This document shows positions 20,401 to 29,584 of a stretch of DNA of 51,134 bases, piece by piece. The DNA lies in IMG/VR virus record IMGVR_UViG_2724679172_000007; one strand, 5' to 3'. The notes under the pieces are model-generated. The model saw only the letters and a program-made list of their open reading frames with translations. It searched no databases and was not told where the DNA came from. Position 1 is the stretch's first letter, and every line of letters begins with the position of its first letter. The stretch is from a virus. Its lineage: Duplodnaviria > Heunggongvirae > Uroviricota > Caudoviricetes. A program made the translations under genes and the position numbers.

Positions 20401-20684
20401 TATGCAACCTGAAAAATATCCTCGCCGTTGGCGATAACAGAACCACAAGAAAGCGGATCGCCTACACAGACAACTCCCTTTCCACCTATCGAAAACCATA
20501 CTCGCGTCGATACAGCTGCCCCTGGATGTGCACTGTTACCGTCAGTGTGACTGGGAAACATGGCACCATCTACAACAACTGGCTTACCGTTAACGGTGAA
20601 CCAGGGAACAGTTTCAGCTACCAGTCGCGGCGGAAATCCTCCGTGACCAGAGCAAAGGGTGTCGCTGGTGGCTATTGCGCTCAT
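20400..20684 (-). CDS. PAAR-like protein (putative spike tip)
   Basis: 94 aa; Gly/Pro/His/Cys-rich with VNGKPVVVDG and GDPLSCGSVI segments resembling PAAR repeats. Confidence 0.45.
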   Translation of the reverse strand: MSAIATSDTLCSGHGGFPPRLVAETVPWFTVNGKPVVVDGAMFPSHTDGNSAHPGAAVSTRVWFSIGGKGVVCVGDPLSCGSVIANGEDIFQVA

Positions 20685-20729
20685 TCTTCACCTCCTGGTT
20701 ATCCTCCTATTGTCATCACTTTGTTATTT

Positions 20730-20930
20730 CGTCATTCAAACTGAGAGTTCAATTTCGGAATATTTTTGTATTCTCAATTCATTCTCAAATAAATCTCACT
20801 GTCAGACCATCATTCATTGGGTGATTAAGATATTCTCAAAATGAACTCAATAATCACTCTTTTTTATCTCTTTTGGTGTGGATTTTTGGGGGCCTCTCTT
20901 TTAAAATTGCATTTTGATTCTCAAATGTGT
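20730..20930. promoter_or_regulatory. Putative parC-like centromere/promoter region upstream of parM
   Basis: Four copies of ATTCTCAA (20769, 20780, 20831, 20916) in an AT-rich region immediately upstream of parM. Confidence 0.4.
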
Positions 20931-20950
20931 CTCAGAAGTGGAGCAAGAAG

Positions 20951-21907
20951 ATGCGCATTTTTATCGATGATGGTTCAACCAATATCAAAATGCTGTGGGA
21001 GCACGACGGGGAAACTCGCACTCACATCAGCCCTAACAGCTTTAAGCGCGGATGGTCAGCAACATTTGGTGCGGGCAAGCCGTTTAACTATGTCATTGAC
21101 GACGAAAAGTATTCGTATGATTTGATCTCGCCAGATGTTCTGCCGACGAATAACGTGGAATGGCAATACAGCCCGCTTAACGTCCTGGCTGTTCACCATG
21201 CCCTGCTGACAAGTGGCATTGAGCCGCAGGAAGTAGAAATTGTGGTCACGCTGCCTCTGGCGGAGTTTTACGACGACGACGCGCAATACAATCTCGATAA
21301 CATCGAGCGCAAGAAAGCCAGCCTTATGCGCCCCGTCACGCTGAATAAAGGCAATGTGTTCACGATTAAGAAAGTTACGGTACGCCCGGAGTCTATTCCG
21401 GCAGGAATTGGCCTGTGCGACAATCTGAACCCTGCCCATTCTGTTCTTATCGTCGATTTGGGTGGAACTACCCTTGATGTTTCAATGGTCGCCGGGCAAA
21501 TGACGGCAGTTTCCCGTGTTTTTGGCGATTCGAATCTTGGCGTCTCTCTGGTTACCAGGGAAGTAAGGCAAGCACTTGCCAGAGCCAATACCGAAACGTC
21601 AAATTACAATGTCGATCAGCTCATTATTAACCGCCACGATGAAGATTATCTGAACGACAATATCAATGACCCATCAGCGATTGGTGATGTGAAAAAGGCC
21701 ATTGCCGCAAGCATTGACCGTCTGCGTACCCGCGTTCTTGATGTGATTGGCGACTTTAAAGGATATACGCATGTCATGGTGATCGGCGGTGGCGCACCGC
21801 TGGTGGCAGATGCAATTCGCGAGCAAGTTAATATTCGTGATGACCGTTTCTTCGTGGCGGATGACCCGCAACTTGCTCTTGTTCATGGCCTGAAAGCAAT
21901 CGGTTAA
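20951..21907 (+). CDS. parM: Actin-like plasmid segregation ATPase ParM/StbA
   Basis: Begins MRIFIDDGSTNIK and contains SPNSFK, NVLAVHHALLTSG, IERKKA, MPESIPAG, IVDLGGTTLD, YTHVMVIGGGA, closely matching plasmid R1 ParM as recalled. Confidence 0.85.
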   Translation: MRIFIDDGSTNIKMLWEHDGETRTHISPNSFKRGWSATFGAGKPFNYVIDDEKYSYDLISPDVLPTNNVEWQYSPLNVLAVHHALLTSGIEPQEVEIVVTLPLAEFYDDDAQYNLDNIERKKASLMRPVTLNKGNVFTIKKVTVRPESIPAGIGLCDNLNPAHSVLIVDLGGTTLDVSMVAGQMTAVSRVFGDSNLGVSLVTREVRQALARANTETSNYNVDQLIINRHDEDYLNDNINDPSAIGDVKKAIAASIDRLRTRVLDVIGDFKGYTHVMVIGGGAPLVADAIREQVNIRDDRFFVADDPQLALVHGLKAIG

Positions 21908-21914
21908 CGAGGTA

Positions 21915-22259
21915 ATGTCCATGTCTCAGGAACGTAAGAAAGTGATGATTTATCTTCGCCCAGAGGCTTATGCCAATGAAAAGGCGGCGAGCGAGAAGAT
22001 AAAAAAACATAGCGATATGGCAAGAACCGCATTGTTGGCAGGGCTTGCGCTGGGAGAAGTCGATAGCAGGCTTCCAGGATTACTGGCTTCCCTGCTGACC
22101 GAAGATAATAATCCGGAGCTGATCCGAAAAATGCTGGCATCCTTCCTGGAACTACCAGCTGCGGTTGAGGAGCGCCCTGCCTCCATTGAGCCAGTGAAGG
22201 AGCAAGTTGTTGCCAAAAGCGCGTCGGCGCGCAATCTGGCTGACTCTCTACCTGATTGA
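21915..22259 (+). CDS. parR: ParR-like centromere-binding adaptor
   Basis: 114-aa ORF 8 nt after parM; ALLAGLALG and LLASLLTEDNN segments resemble R1 ParR; followed by an intrinsic terminator. Confidence 0.55.
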   Translation: MSMSQERKKVMIYLRPEAYANEKAASEKIKKHSDMARTALLAGLALGEVDSRLPGLLASLLTEDNNPELIRKMLASFLELPAAVEERPASIEPVKEQVVAKSASARNLADSLPD

Positions 22260-22276
22260 CAGAAGATGTGCTGGTT

Positions 22277-22303
22277 TAAGGCTGCAAATTGCAGCCTTTT
22301 TTA
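22277..22303 (+). terminator. Rho-independent terminator after parR
   Basis: aaggctgcaaattgcagcc hairpin followed by a TTTTTT run. Confidence 0.6.
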
Positions 22304-22546
22304 TGCCTTAATGGTGCCTAATTGGTGTTTATCTGGCACCAGTTAGGTGCTGTTATGGTGCGGTTTTGTATCTGGTTCCAATTTGGGGCTGATTTCGTGT
22401 TAAATAGGATGCAATATAAGGTGTATTTGGTCTGATTGATGTTATACTTTGCCAAACATTCATGACTCCATTATAGAGCCTGTCCCGCATCAAAAAGGCT
22501 CTTATCTGGAACCGTTTTGATACCAAAATCACACCGAGGAACGGAT

Positions 22547-23188
22547 ATGATTATATTGGTAGTCAGCCAAAAAGGTGGCTGTGGAAAATCAACCACAAGC
22601 GTAAACATCTGTGCGGAGCTTGCCCGCGCAAATAAGGATGTAGTGTTACTAGATGCAGACAAGCAAGGAACAGCTGCCCGCTGGGCAGCTGACCGTAACA
22701 CGGCAGAGGTTTCTCCTGTAATTCATTGTGTCCAGAAGTTTGGTAATATTCGAGAAACACTTCTCGATCTGGATAAGCGTTATGAATTTGTTGTTGTTGA
22801 TACAGCCGGGCGCGATAGCAAAGAGATGCGTACAGGCATAACCGCTGCAGATATTGTGTTGGTCCCATTCAGACCATCTCAACCAGATTTAGACACGCTG
22901 GCACACTTTGTTGAAGTGTTTGAAGAGGCTTTGGACCTGATGCCTAATCCTAGCATTAAGGCGTTCGCAGTCTTAACAATGGCCCCATCCAATCCGGTTG
23001 TGAATGAAACCAATGAGGCCAAAGAGTACCTGGCTGAATATCCGCAACTGAAGTTGCTGAAAACCATCATTCGTGATCGTAAGGTTTACCGCGATTGCAT
23101 GGCTGAAGGGAAGGGCGTTGTTGAGATGGACAACGGGAAAGCTAAAGGTGAAATCCAGATGTTGGTTAAGGAGTTATTAAGTGATTAA
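22547..23188 (+). CDS. parA: Small Walker-type partition ATPase (ParA/ParF-like, type Ib)
   Basis: Deviant Walker A QKGGCGKST near the N-terminus (start set at the ATG at 22547, 6 nt after a GAGGAA SD); about 214 aa, typical of type Ib ParA. Confidence 0.75.
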   Translation: MIILVVSQKGGCGKSTTSVNICAELARANKDVVLLDADKQGTAARWAADRNTAEVSPVIHCVQKFGNIRETLLDLDKRYEFVVVDTAGRDSKEMRTGITAADIVLVPFRPSQPDLDTLAHFVEVFEEALDLMPNPSIKAFAVLTMAPSNPVVNETNEAKEYLAEYPQLKLLKTIIRDRKVYRDCMAEGKGVVEMDNGKAKGEIQMLVKELLSD

Positions 23189-23468
23189 GCCTCGTAAATC
23201 GGTAAAAGCCCCCGAAGTAAAAGACCCCGATCTTGAACGCCGAATTGAGGATTTTGCAAGTAAGGCTGATTTGGTGCCGGGTGAGCAACCAGAAGACAAC
23301 AAAGTGCTCGATAAGGACGCTCCACGTGATTTTAAATCTATTCGTGTTGGTTTCAATGAATACGAGTACCAGGTACTTGATGCGTTGAGCAAAAAGCATA
23401 ATCGCAGCAAATTGAATATGATCCGCCATGCTATCCTCATGTTAGCGGAGTCTGAGGAAGCAAAATAA
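23181..23468 (+). CDS. ParG-like ribbon-helix-helix partition protein
   Basis: 95-aa basic/acidic small protein, GTG start overlapping the parA stop (GTGA); C-terminal region compatible with an RHH fold. Confidence 0.5.
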   Translation: MIKPRKSVKAPEVKDPDLERRIEDFASKADLVPGEQPEDNKVLDKDAPRDFKSIRVGFNEYEYQVLDALSKKHNRSKLNMIRHAILMLAESEEAK

Positions 23469-23508
23469 AGTCTTTCAGGTTGGTTTTAGAACTTAAAAAG
23501 TCTTGAAC

Positions 23509-23560
23509 CAAAGGTGCACCAATACACCACTAATTTGGTGCACCTTTACATCCTTTTTGG
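23509..23560 (+). terminator. Inverted repeat/terminator downstream of the par operon (possible second centromere-like site)
   Basis: Arms caaaggtgcacc / ggtgcaccttt with a 16-nt loop, followed by a T-run (cctttttgg); the GGTGCAC core also occurs upstream of parA. Confidence 0.45.
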
Positions 23561-23736
23561 TTCCAATTGTGTACCATTTGTCATTAATTTACTTATGCGC
23601 AAAAGTGGGCTTCATGAAAAAGCTCATTATTGAAATAACGATAGAAAGTAATTTCTAATCAACTAGTGGTTGTCAGCCTATTCGGCTTATAAGATCATAC
23701 GCTGTTATACGTAGTTTACGCTTTGAGGAATCCACA

Positions 23737-25354
23737 ATGAGTGAGGCAGAAGCCCGCCCGACTAACTTTATTCGTCAGATCATCGATGAAGATCTGGCCA
23801 GTGGTAAGCACACCACAGTACATACCCGTTTCCCGCCGGAACCGAATGGCTATCTGCATATTGGTCATGCGAAATCTATCTGCCTGAACTTCGGGATCGC
23901 CCAGGACTATAAAGGCCAGTGCAACCTGCGTTTCGACGACACTAACCCGGTAAAAGAAGATATCGAGTACGTCGAGTCGATTAAAAACGACGTTGAATGG
24001 TTAGGTTTTCACTGGTCTGGCAACATCCGTTACTCCTCCGATTATTTTGACAAACTCCATGCCTATGCTGTTGAACTGATCAACAAAGGCCTGGCGTATG
24101 TTGACGAACTGACGCCGGAACAGATCCGCGAATACCGCGGCACCCTGACGCAGCCGGGTAAAAACAGCCCGTACCGCGACCGCAGCGTTGAAGAGAACCT
24201 GGCGCTGTTCGAAAAAATGCGTACCAAATTCACCGTTTATCGTGATGCGCGATCCGGTGCTGTACCGCATTAAGTTTGCTGAACATCACCAGACTGGCAA
24301 CAAGTGGTGCATCTACCCGATGTACGACTTCACCCACTGCATCAGCGATGCGCTGGAAGGTATTACGCACTCTCTGTGTACGCTTGAGTTCCAGGACAAC
24401 CGTCGTCTGTATGACTGGGTACTGGACAACATCACCATTCCTGTTCACCCGCGCCAGTACGAATTCTCGCGCCTGAATCTGGAATACACTGTGATGTCCA
24501 AGCGTAAGCTGAACCTGCTGGTGACCGACAAGCACGTTGAAGGCTGGGATGACCCGCGTATGCCGACCATTTCCGGTCTGCGTCGTCGTGGTTACACTGC
24601 GGCTTCTATTCGTGAGTTCTGCAAACGCATCGGCGTGACCAAGCAGGACAACACCATTGAAATGGCGTCGCTGGAATCCTGCATCCGTGAAGATCTCAAC
24701 GAAAACGCGCCGCGCGCAATGGCGGTTATCGATCCGGTGAAACTGGTTATCGAAAACTACCAGGGCGAAGGCGAAATGGTCACCATGCCGAACCATCCGA
24801 ACAAACCGGAAATGGGGAGCCGTCAGGTGCCGTTTAGCGGTGAGATTTGGATCGACCGCGCCGATTTCCGCGAAGAAGCTAACAAGCAGTACAAGCGTCT
24901 GGTGCTGGGTAAAGAAGTGCGTCTGCGTAATGCTTACGTCATTAAGGCAGAACGCGTGGAGAAAGATGCCGAAGGCAATATCACCACCATCTTCTGTACT
25001 TATGACGCCGACACCTTAAGCAAAGATCCGGCAGATGGTCGTAAAGTGAAAGGCGTTATTCACTGGGTGAGCGCGGCACATGCGCTGCCGGTTGAAATCC
25101 GCCTGTACGATCGTCTGTTCAGCGTGCCGAACCCTGGTGCTGCGGAAGATTTCCTGTCGGTGATTAACCCGGAATCGCTGGTGATCAAACAGGGCTTTGC
25201 TGAACCGTCTCTGAAAGACGCGGTAGCGGGTAAAGCATTCCAGTTTGAGCGTGAAGGTTATTTCTGCCTCGACAGCCGCCATTCTACGGCGGAAAAACCG
25301 GTATTTAACCGCACCGTTGGGCTGCGTGATACCTGGGCGAAAGTAGGCGAGTAA
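23737..25354 (+). pseudogene. glnS: Glutaminyl-tRNA synthetase gene (glnS) disrupted by an internal frameshifting indel
   Basis: The N-terminal ORF (23737..24273; HIGH motif in [12 protein letters not shown]) and the C-terminal ORF (24188..25354; VMSKR motif) are consecutive GlnS pieces in different frames; the frame breaks at 24223-24232, where 10 nt (accaaattca) replace roughly 57 nt of the wild-type sequence as recalled. Confidence 0.8.
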
Positions 25355-25400
25355 TTTTAAGTTCAGTTAGGTTAATAGGTATTTCGCCACATAAAAAAGT

Positions 25401-25427
25401 AAACGCCGCTACTGCGGCGTTTTTTAC
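25401..25427. terminator. Bidirectional rho-independent terminator (glnS / dam convergent)
   Basis: Hairpin cgccgc-tact-gcggcg with an A-run upstream and a T-run downstream. Confidence 0.65.
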
Positions 25428-26329
25428 TTCATTATTGCAATTATATCGTTAGCAACTACACGTGTTGACGCCTTGCAGGACACCGACCGTCTGGCTGCCA
25501 TATGATGTACTTTAAACCCGTTTCCTTCATATAGTTCACGGATGTTTGGCGCACCACTATTTGTTATCACTACCTTAGCGCCGCGCTGGTGGGCTTCCAC
25601 CAATAGAGATACCAGCCGTTTCTGTTCGTCGAAACGGAAGCTATTTCCTGAATAACTGGTAAACCCTTCTGTATCCGGCAGCGGTTCATACGGCGGATCG
25701 CAAAAAATCACATCGCCTTCACCAGCCGCCTCGATGACGCCAGCAAAGTCACCTGATACAAAGGACGTGTTTTTGAGTACGTCATCAGCCAAAAATGCCT
25801 CCATCTCTGCATGTGGGAAGTAGGGCGCTTTGTATTTGCCATACCCCACGTTGAACTCGCCATTTTGGTTGTACCGCGTTACGCCATTAAAACAGTGCCG
25901 ATTAAGGTACAAAAAGGCGGCAGCATGATGTAGCTGGTCATACTTTCCTCTGTTAAATGCCTCACGCACTTCGAGGTAAGCGTCAGCGTTGTTGTAATTT
26001 TGGAAAAAACTATATGACAGCGTGACGAGCGAATGTCCTTCTCGCTGCAATGTCTGATAGAAGTTAATCAGGTCACCGTTAATATCATTAAGCAGGTTGT
26101 GGCAAAATCCTGCATTCGTAAATACGGAACCGCCACCAACGAATGGTTCTATTAACCGCTTACCGTGTGGTAGATGCTCAAGCACTGTAGGCAATTCTGA
26201 GAATTTACCACCTACCCATTTGAATATCGGACGCTCATATTCATCTGGAGTCCGAATGGTGCGCATATAGCTAATTTCAGCCATCGTATCCTGTTTTTCT
26301 ATGGCTATGCTTGCTATAGATTTACTCAT
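25424..26329 (-). CDS. dam: DNA adenine methyltransferase (Dam-like, D12-class N6-MTase)
   Basis: Contains the DPPY catalytic motif and an FVGGGSV-type SAM-binding motif; start set at the ATG at 26327-26329, preceded by an AAGGGGG SD and placed 2 nt after the upstream gene's stop. Confidence 0.75.
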   Translation of the reverse strand: MSKSIASIAIEKQDTMAEISYMRTIRTPDEYERPIFKWVGGKFSELPTVLEHLPHGKRLIEPFVGGGSVFTNAGFCHNLLNDINGDLINFYQTLQREGHSLVTLSYSFFQNYNNADAYLEVREAFNRGKYDQLHHAAAFLYLNRHCFNGVTRYNQNGEFNVGYGKYKAPYFPHAEMEAFLADDVLKNTSFVSGDFAGVIEAAGEGDVIFCDPPYEPLPDTEGFTSYSGNSFRFDEQKRLVSLLVEAHQRGAKVVITNSGAPNIRELYEGNGFKVHHMAARRSVSCKASTRVVANDIIAIMK

Positions 26330-27002
26330 AGAGCACCCCCTTATTCGCTTCGAAAACTGCCTTTGCGAATCCATGTGGAGTAGCACTTCGAAAATTAGCC
26401 CTGTCAGGCCCTGGTGGCGCGGCATGGATTCTGTTATCTGGCTTGCCTAATGATTCGTCCATTAGGGCATCAGGCATGACAAAGCCCTGGCCGCTCCAGA
26501 GGCATGTTTTTTTGGTGTAGTTATCTTCCTGACAATATGCAGTGAAGAAGTAAGGGTGAAAGATGTGATCTGGCTTACGCCAGAATGTCGATATTTTGCT
26601 GACCGGATTTTCAATCATGTACGGACAACCGATCATCTTTGCAATGTCATAACACTGCCAGACAACCTGCATTGCTTTGAACTGGAAAACCGGATCTTTA
26701 TTAGCCTTGTCCGAAAACCAGCGCGCGCCGGAAACAGCCAGGTCAGTACACGGTGGGAACCCGGCCAGAAACACGATGCGCTGCAAATTCTTACGGAGAA
26801 AAGCGTATACTTCATCGCTATCGATGATCGCACTAATACGCGTCAGAACGGCACCTGATTGCATCCGCTCGTCACTGGTCGATAAGTGCTGTGGATCGAC
26901 GATAGCGGCATCGACACCGTATTCCAGCCAGGGGGCAACCATTGCCCCCGTAAAATCACAAAGACTCACAACAAGCGGTCGGTTATTATCGTTCTGCTTC
27001 AC
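26322..27002 (-). CDS. Putative DNA cytosine-5 methyltransferase-like protein (short, atypical)
   Basis: [12 protein letters not shown] resembles C5-MTase motif IV (GGPPCQxFSxAG) and IENP resembles motif VI (ENV); only about 226 aa, so the target-recognition domain seems absent; tightly coupled to dam. Start uncertain (GTG 27002 or upstream). Confidence 0.4.
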   Translation of the reverse strand: MKQNDNNRPLVVSLCDFTGAMVAPWLEYGVDAAIVDPQHLSTSDERMQSGAVLTRISAIIDSDEVYAFLRKNLQRIVFLAGFPPCTDLAVSGARWFSDKANKDPVFQFKAMQVVWQCYDIAKMIGCPYMIENPVSKISTFWRKPDHIFHPYFFTAYCQEDNYTKKTCLWSGQGFVMPDALMDESLGKPDNRIHAAPPGPDRANFRSATPHGFAKAVFEANKGVLYE

Positions 27003-27891
27003 CGCCAATGGCCTCCACCAGCGCGTTAAACAGTGCAGATAATTCGCCCGTAAAGAGCACGAAATCAGCATCAAATCGTTGTGCTACATCCTCCCGGTCG
27101 ATATCGTCATTCTGGTCATAGAGATCATCACAGAATGTCAGGGCTTTGATACTCATATCATCGTTGACTCTGAACGACGCGCGTTCCATCCAGTTAATTG
27201 CAACGGTCGTAGCTACTTTCCCCGCCTCAATGTGAGACATAATCTCGTCGGACTGTAGATCAACTTTGTTGCAGCGAACGGCACCACCATTATCGAGCAG
27301 ACCCTTTAATGTGGCGTCTTCACCTGCTGTAAATCCGGCAGGGAAGCCGCTTTTAAACCACTCGGTCATTGTAATTTCCAGCGGTTCGCGTGGTGTGAAT
27401 GGAATGACAGGCAGGCTGCTGAGCGATTTTCGCAATAAAGCCAGCTGGTCCTCTGCCTTTTTGGCGCTGCTTGCCTCAACGAATACCAGATGGTTGCTGC
27501 GGTCGATCAGGATTTTGGCAAGTGATTTTCTCGTGAACGCGCGAGGCAAAAGTGAATGCAGGACTTCATCTTTAAGACTGTCTCTTTCCGTTTTCTTCAG
27601 CTTGCGGGCTTGCTCTTCTTCGAGTTTCAGGACTTTTTTCTGCAACTCTTCCTTGAGCACCTGCGAGGGGAGAATTTTTTCTTCTCGCTTATGCTGTATT
27701 AGCAGAAAACCCTGGTATTCATGGGTGAGGTTGTCACCAAGAACGGAGGTCCAACCAGCTTTAGCCATATCCTGAGAACCGCATGGGGTAAACACAAACT
27801 TGCTAAGGGCTGCATTTACTTCTGCAGTATCCCAGCTAACTTCGCGTGAAAGACGATAGATGAAGATATTTTTGAAAGCGACTGATCTCAT
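26986..27891 (-). CDS. rdgC: Recombination-associated protein RdgC
   Basis: 301 aa; segments [81 protein letters not shown] match E. coli RdgC as recalled. Confidence 0.8.
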   Translation of the reverse strand: MRSVAFKNIFIYRLSREVSWDTAEVNAALSKFVFTPCGSQDMAKAGWTSVLGDNLTHEYQGFLLIQHKREEKILPSQVLKEELQKKVLKLEEEQARKLKKTERDSLKDEVLHSLLPRAFTRKSLAKILIDRSNHLVFVEASSAKKAEDQLALLRKSLSSLPVIPFTPREPLEITMTEWFKSGFPAGFTAGEDATLKGLLDNGGAVRCNKVDLQSDEIMSHIEAGKVATTVAINWMERASFRVNDDMSIKALTFCDDLYDQNDDIDREDVAQRFDADFVLFTGELSALFNALVEAIGGEAER

Positions 27892-27900
27892 GTCTCACCA

Positions 27901-27938
27901 TTTGTGTTAGAAAATACATATTAATTATCTAACACAAA
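27901..27938. promoter_or_regulatory. Pair of inverted operator-like sites in the rdgC promoter region
   Basis: tttgtgttagaaaat (27901-27915) and atctaacacaaa (27927-27938) in opposite orientation, same motif as at 18021, 40195 and 45445. Confidence 0.45.
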
Positions 27939-27950
27939 TGGGTGCATTTT

Positions 27951-28604
27951 CTATCCTTTCTTGAAATCGAAGTTGCCAGCAGTGGCCTGAAAGGTTCCTC
28001 CTGCCTTGAAAGCTATGTCTCCGTTAGCGGTGACAGCTATATTTTCCCCATTAACATTGATGTTGTTGGCTGATTTGACGTTAACACTCCCTCCTGCATT
28101 CACGATTACATCAGCCGGACCAATGATATATATCTGCCCGGACTCATTCATGCCAATCCTTGAGCCTGCTGCCGTATTGGCAATTTCATAGCCGCCACCA
28201 GCAGTTCGTACTTCAAGAATATTGTTGCGGTGAATAACGAAGTCTTTCGTTGCTGAGATTTGGGGGCGGGGAGGTGCTCCATCTACTTCCGGCGGCGTCC
28301 AGCCGTTGCCTTTGCCAGATGCTTCTGGTGCAACGTTTGGAATTCCTCCCGGTGCATCCTGAGCGGCACCAACTATCATTGGGCGTCTGGTGTCTATTCG
28401 ACCGTTAACATCTAAATAAGGAAACTCTACCCAGACCAGGTCACCTTTGACTGTGGGTACAAAAGCGTTTCCGATGGGTAACAGGTATTCCGCCCAGGGT
28501 AGATCGTCATCAGGAACGCCATTCCAGTCAGGTAAAACACGGACTTGAGCACGCATAAGCCCTGCCGGGTGCACAGTTCCAACAATTTGCGCTCTACGCT
28601 TCAT
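27951..28604 (-). CDS. Baseplate central spike protein (gpV-like)
   Basis: 217 aa; OB-fold-like N-terminal part and a C-terminal Gly/Asn/Val-rich beta-helix repeat (VNAGGSVNVKSANNINVNGENIAVTANGDIAFKAGG). Confidence 0.55.
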   Translation of the reverse strand: MKRRAQIVGTVHPAGLMRAQVRVLPDWNGVPDDDLPWAEYLLPIGNAFVPTVKGDLVWVEFPYLDVNGRIDTRRPMIVGAAQDAPGGIPNVAPEASGKGNGWTPPEVDGAPPRPQISATKDFVIHRNNILEVRTAGGGYEIANTAAGSRIGMNESGQIYIIGPADVIVNAGGSVNVKSANNINVNGENIAVTANGDIAFKAGGTFQATAGNFDFKKG

Positions 28605-29581
28605 TTGTTCGGCACTCCTAATATCATTCGTGTTGTGTAGCCTACGCGGTCCTCAAAGTGCGCAACATTTTTTACTATCAGCTTACGGGGCATTGATTCA
28701 TCAATGCGGTTTTCCTGGTCATAGCGGTATACGATAATCTCTATTACCATCCCCGGTTTTATATCAGGATTGCCTGCGACTTCTATATCCATTTTGGGGA
28801 CGAGAGACAGCTGCATATTGCGAAGAGTTTCCATATCAGAGTCGGATATATAACGCACTGGGAGTGAGCTATCGCCATACTCGACGTAGCCATCGGTCAT
28901 GGAATACCCAACAAAACGATATTGATTCTTTGCTGTTGTCGCATGTTCCTGTTGGAGTAGGCGCATTTTGGACAAAGTGTATTCTGCTTTAGGGTTATTC
29001 CCCTCGTAGGTAAATGATGGCGTTTGCTTCATCAGATCAGCCAGGGTGTAAAAGTTAAATTTCCCCCGGCATACCCAACATAATGCACCTTTGTCTCGCG
29101 CTATCTCCGAAAGCATTTTTGACGGTTTGCCACCGGCATTCAGATGATATGTAACTGCGCGTTTTAGCACGCTGCTGGTAATTTTAAGCTTGCCGGAATA
29201 TGCCTTGAATATAGCGTCTGGTGTTTTGTTGGTATGTAAATTTGTGCGCGGGGAGGGGATCTTAAACCTGCGCACGTCTTCACTGACAGCAATAACGGTA
29301 ACAACATCACCAGCCAGCATTGCAGACGTAACAAAGAAATCTGTTTTAAAAGTGCCTGCATTACCGTTTGGATCGCCCATTTCAGCCACCAGCGATGCAC
29401 CGTATTTGGCTTTCCAGTCATCAATTACGGTGCCGGTAGCGTCATGAATTTCCAGTTTTAGCAAAGGGGCTTTGAGGCTGGTTTTTTCTACATATACTGC
29501 GGTAAAAATCCAGTCTCGAGGCACTTTGTTATCGTTAATGAGCACTGACTGTAGAAAATATTGTTGTAACTCCTGGGCCAC
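28601..29581 (-). CDS. Baseplate hub-like protein (hypothetical)
   Basis: 326-aa ORF translationally coupled to the gpV-like gene. Confidence 0.35.
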   Translation of the reverse strand: MAQELQQYFLQSVLINDNKVPRDWIFTAVYVEKTSLKAPLLKLEIHDATGTVIDDWKAKYGASLVAEMGDPNGNAGTFKTDFFVTSAMLAGDVVTVIAVSEDVRRFKIPSPRTNLHTNKTPDAIFKAYSGKLKITSSVLKRAVTYHLNAGGKPSKMLSEIARDKGALCWVCRGKFNFYTLADLMKQTPSFTYEGNNPKAEYTLSKMRLLQQEHATTAKNQYRFVGYSMTDGYVEYGDSSLPVRYISDSDMETLRNMQLSLVPKMDIEVAGNPDIKPGMVIEIIVYRYDQENRIDESMPRKLIVKNVAHFEDRVGYTTRMILGVPNK

Positions 29582-29584
29582 TTA

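Noticed and set aside
24230-24796. 188-aa minus-strand ORF antisense to glnS
   Set aside because: Entirely within the glnS coding sequence on the opposite strand; a typical antisense artefact.
23469-25430. glnS as evidence that the window is a chromosomally integrated prophage with host flank
   Set aside because: glnS is flanked on both sides by plasmid/phage genes (partition genes upstream, methyltransferases/rdgC downstream), so it is embedded cargo or a chimeric join rather than a chromosomal flank; this needs read-level verification.
25424-26425. Longer Dam ORF starting at 26425 and overlapping the upstream gene by about 100 nt, or a single fused bifunctional methyltransferase
   Set aside because: An internal ATG at 26329 with a strong SD sits 2 nt after the upstream stop, fitting a two-gene coupled arrangement; the two ORFs are in different frames, so a fusion would require a frameshift that the sequence does not show.
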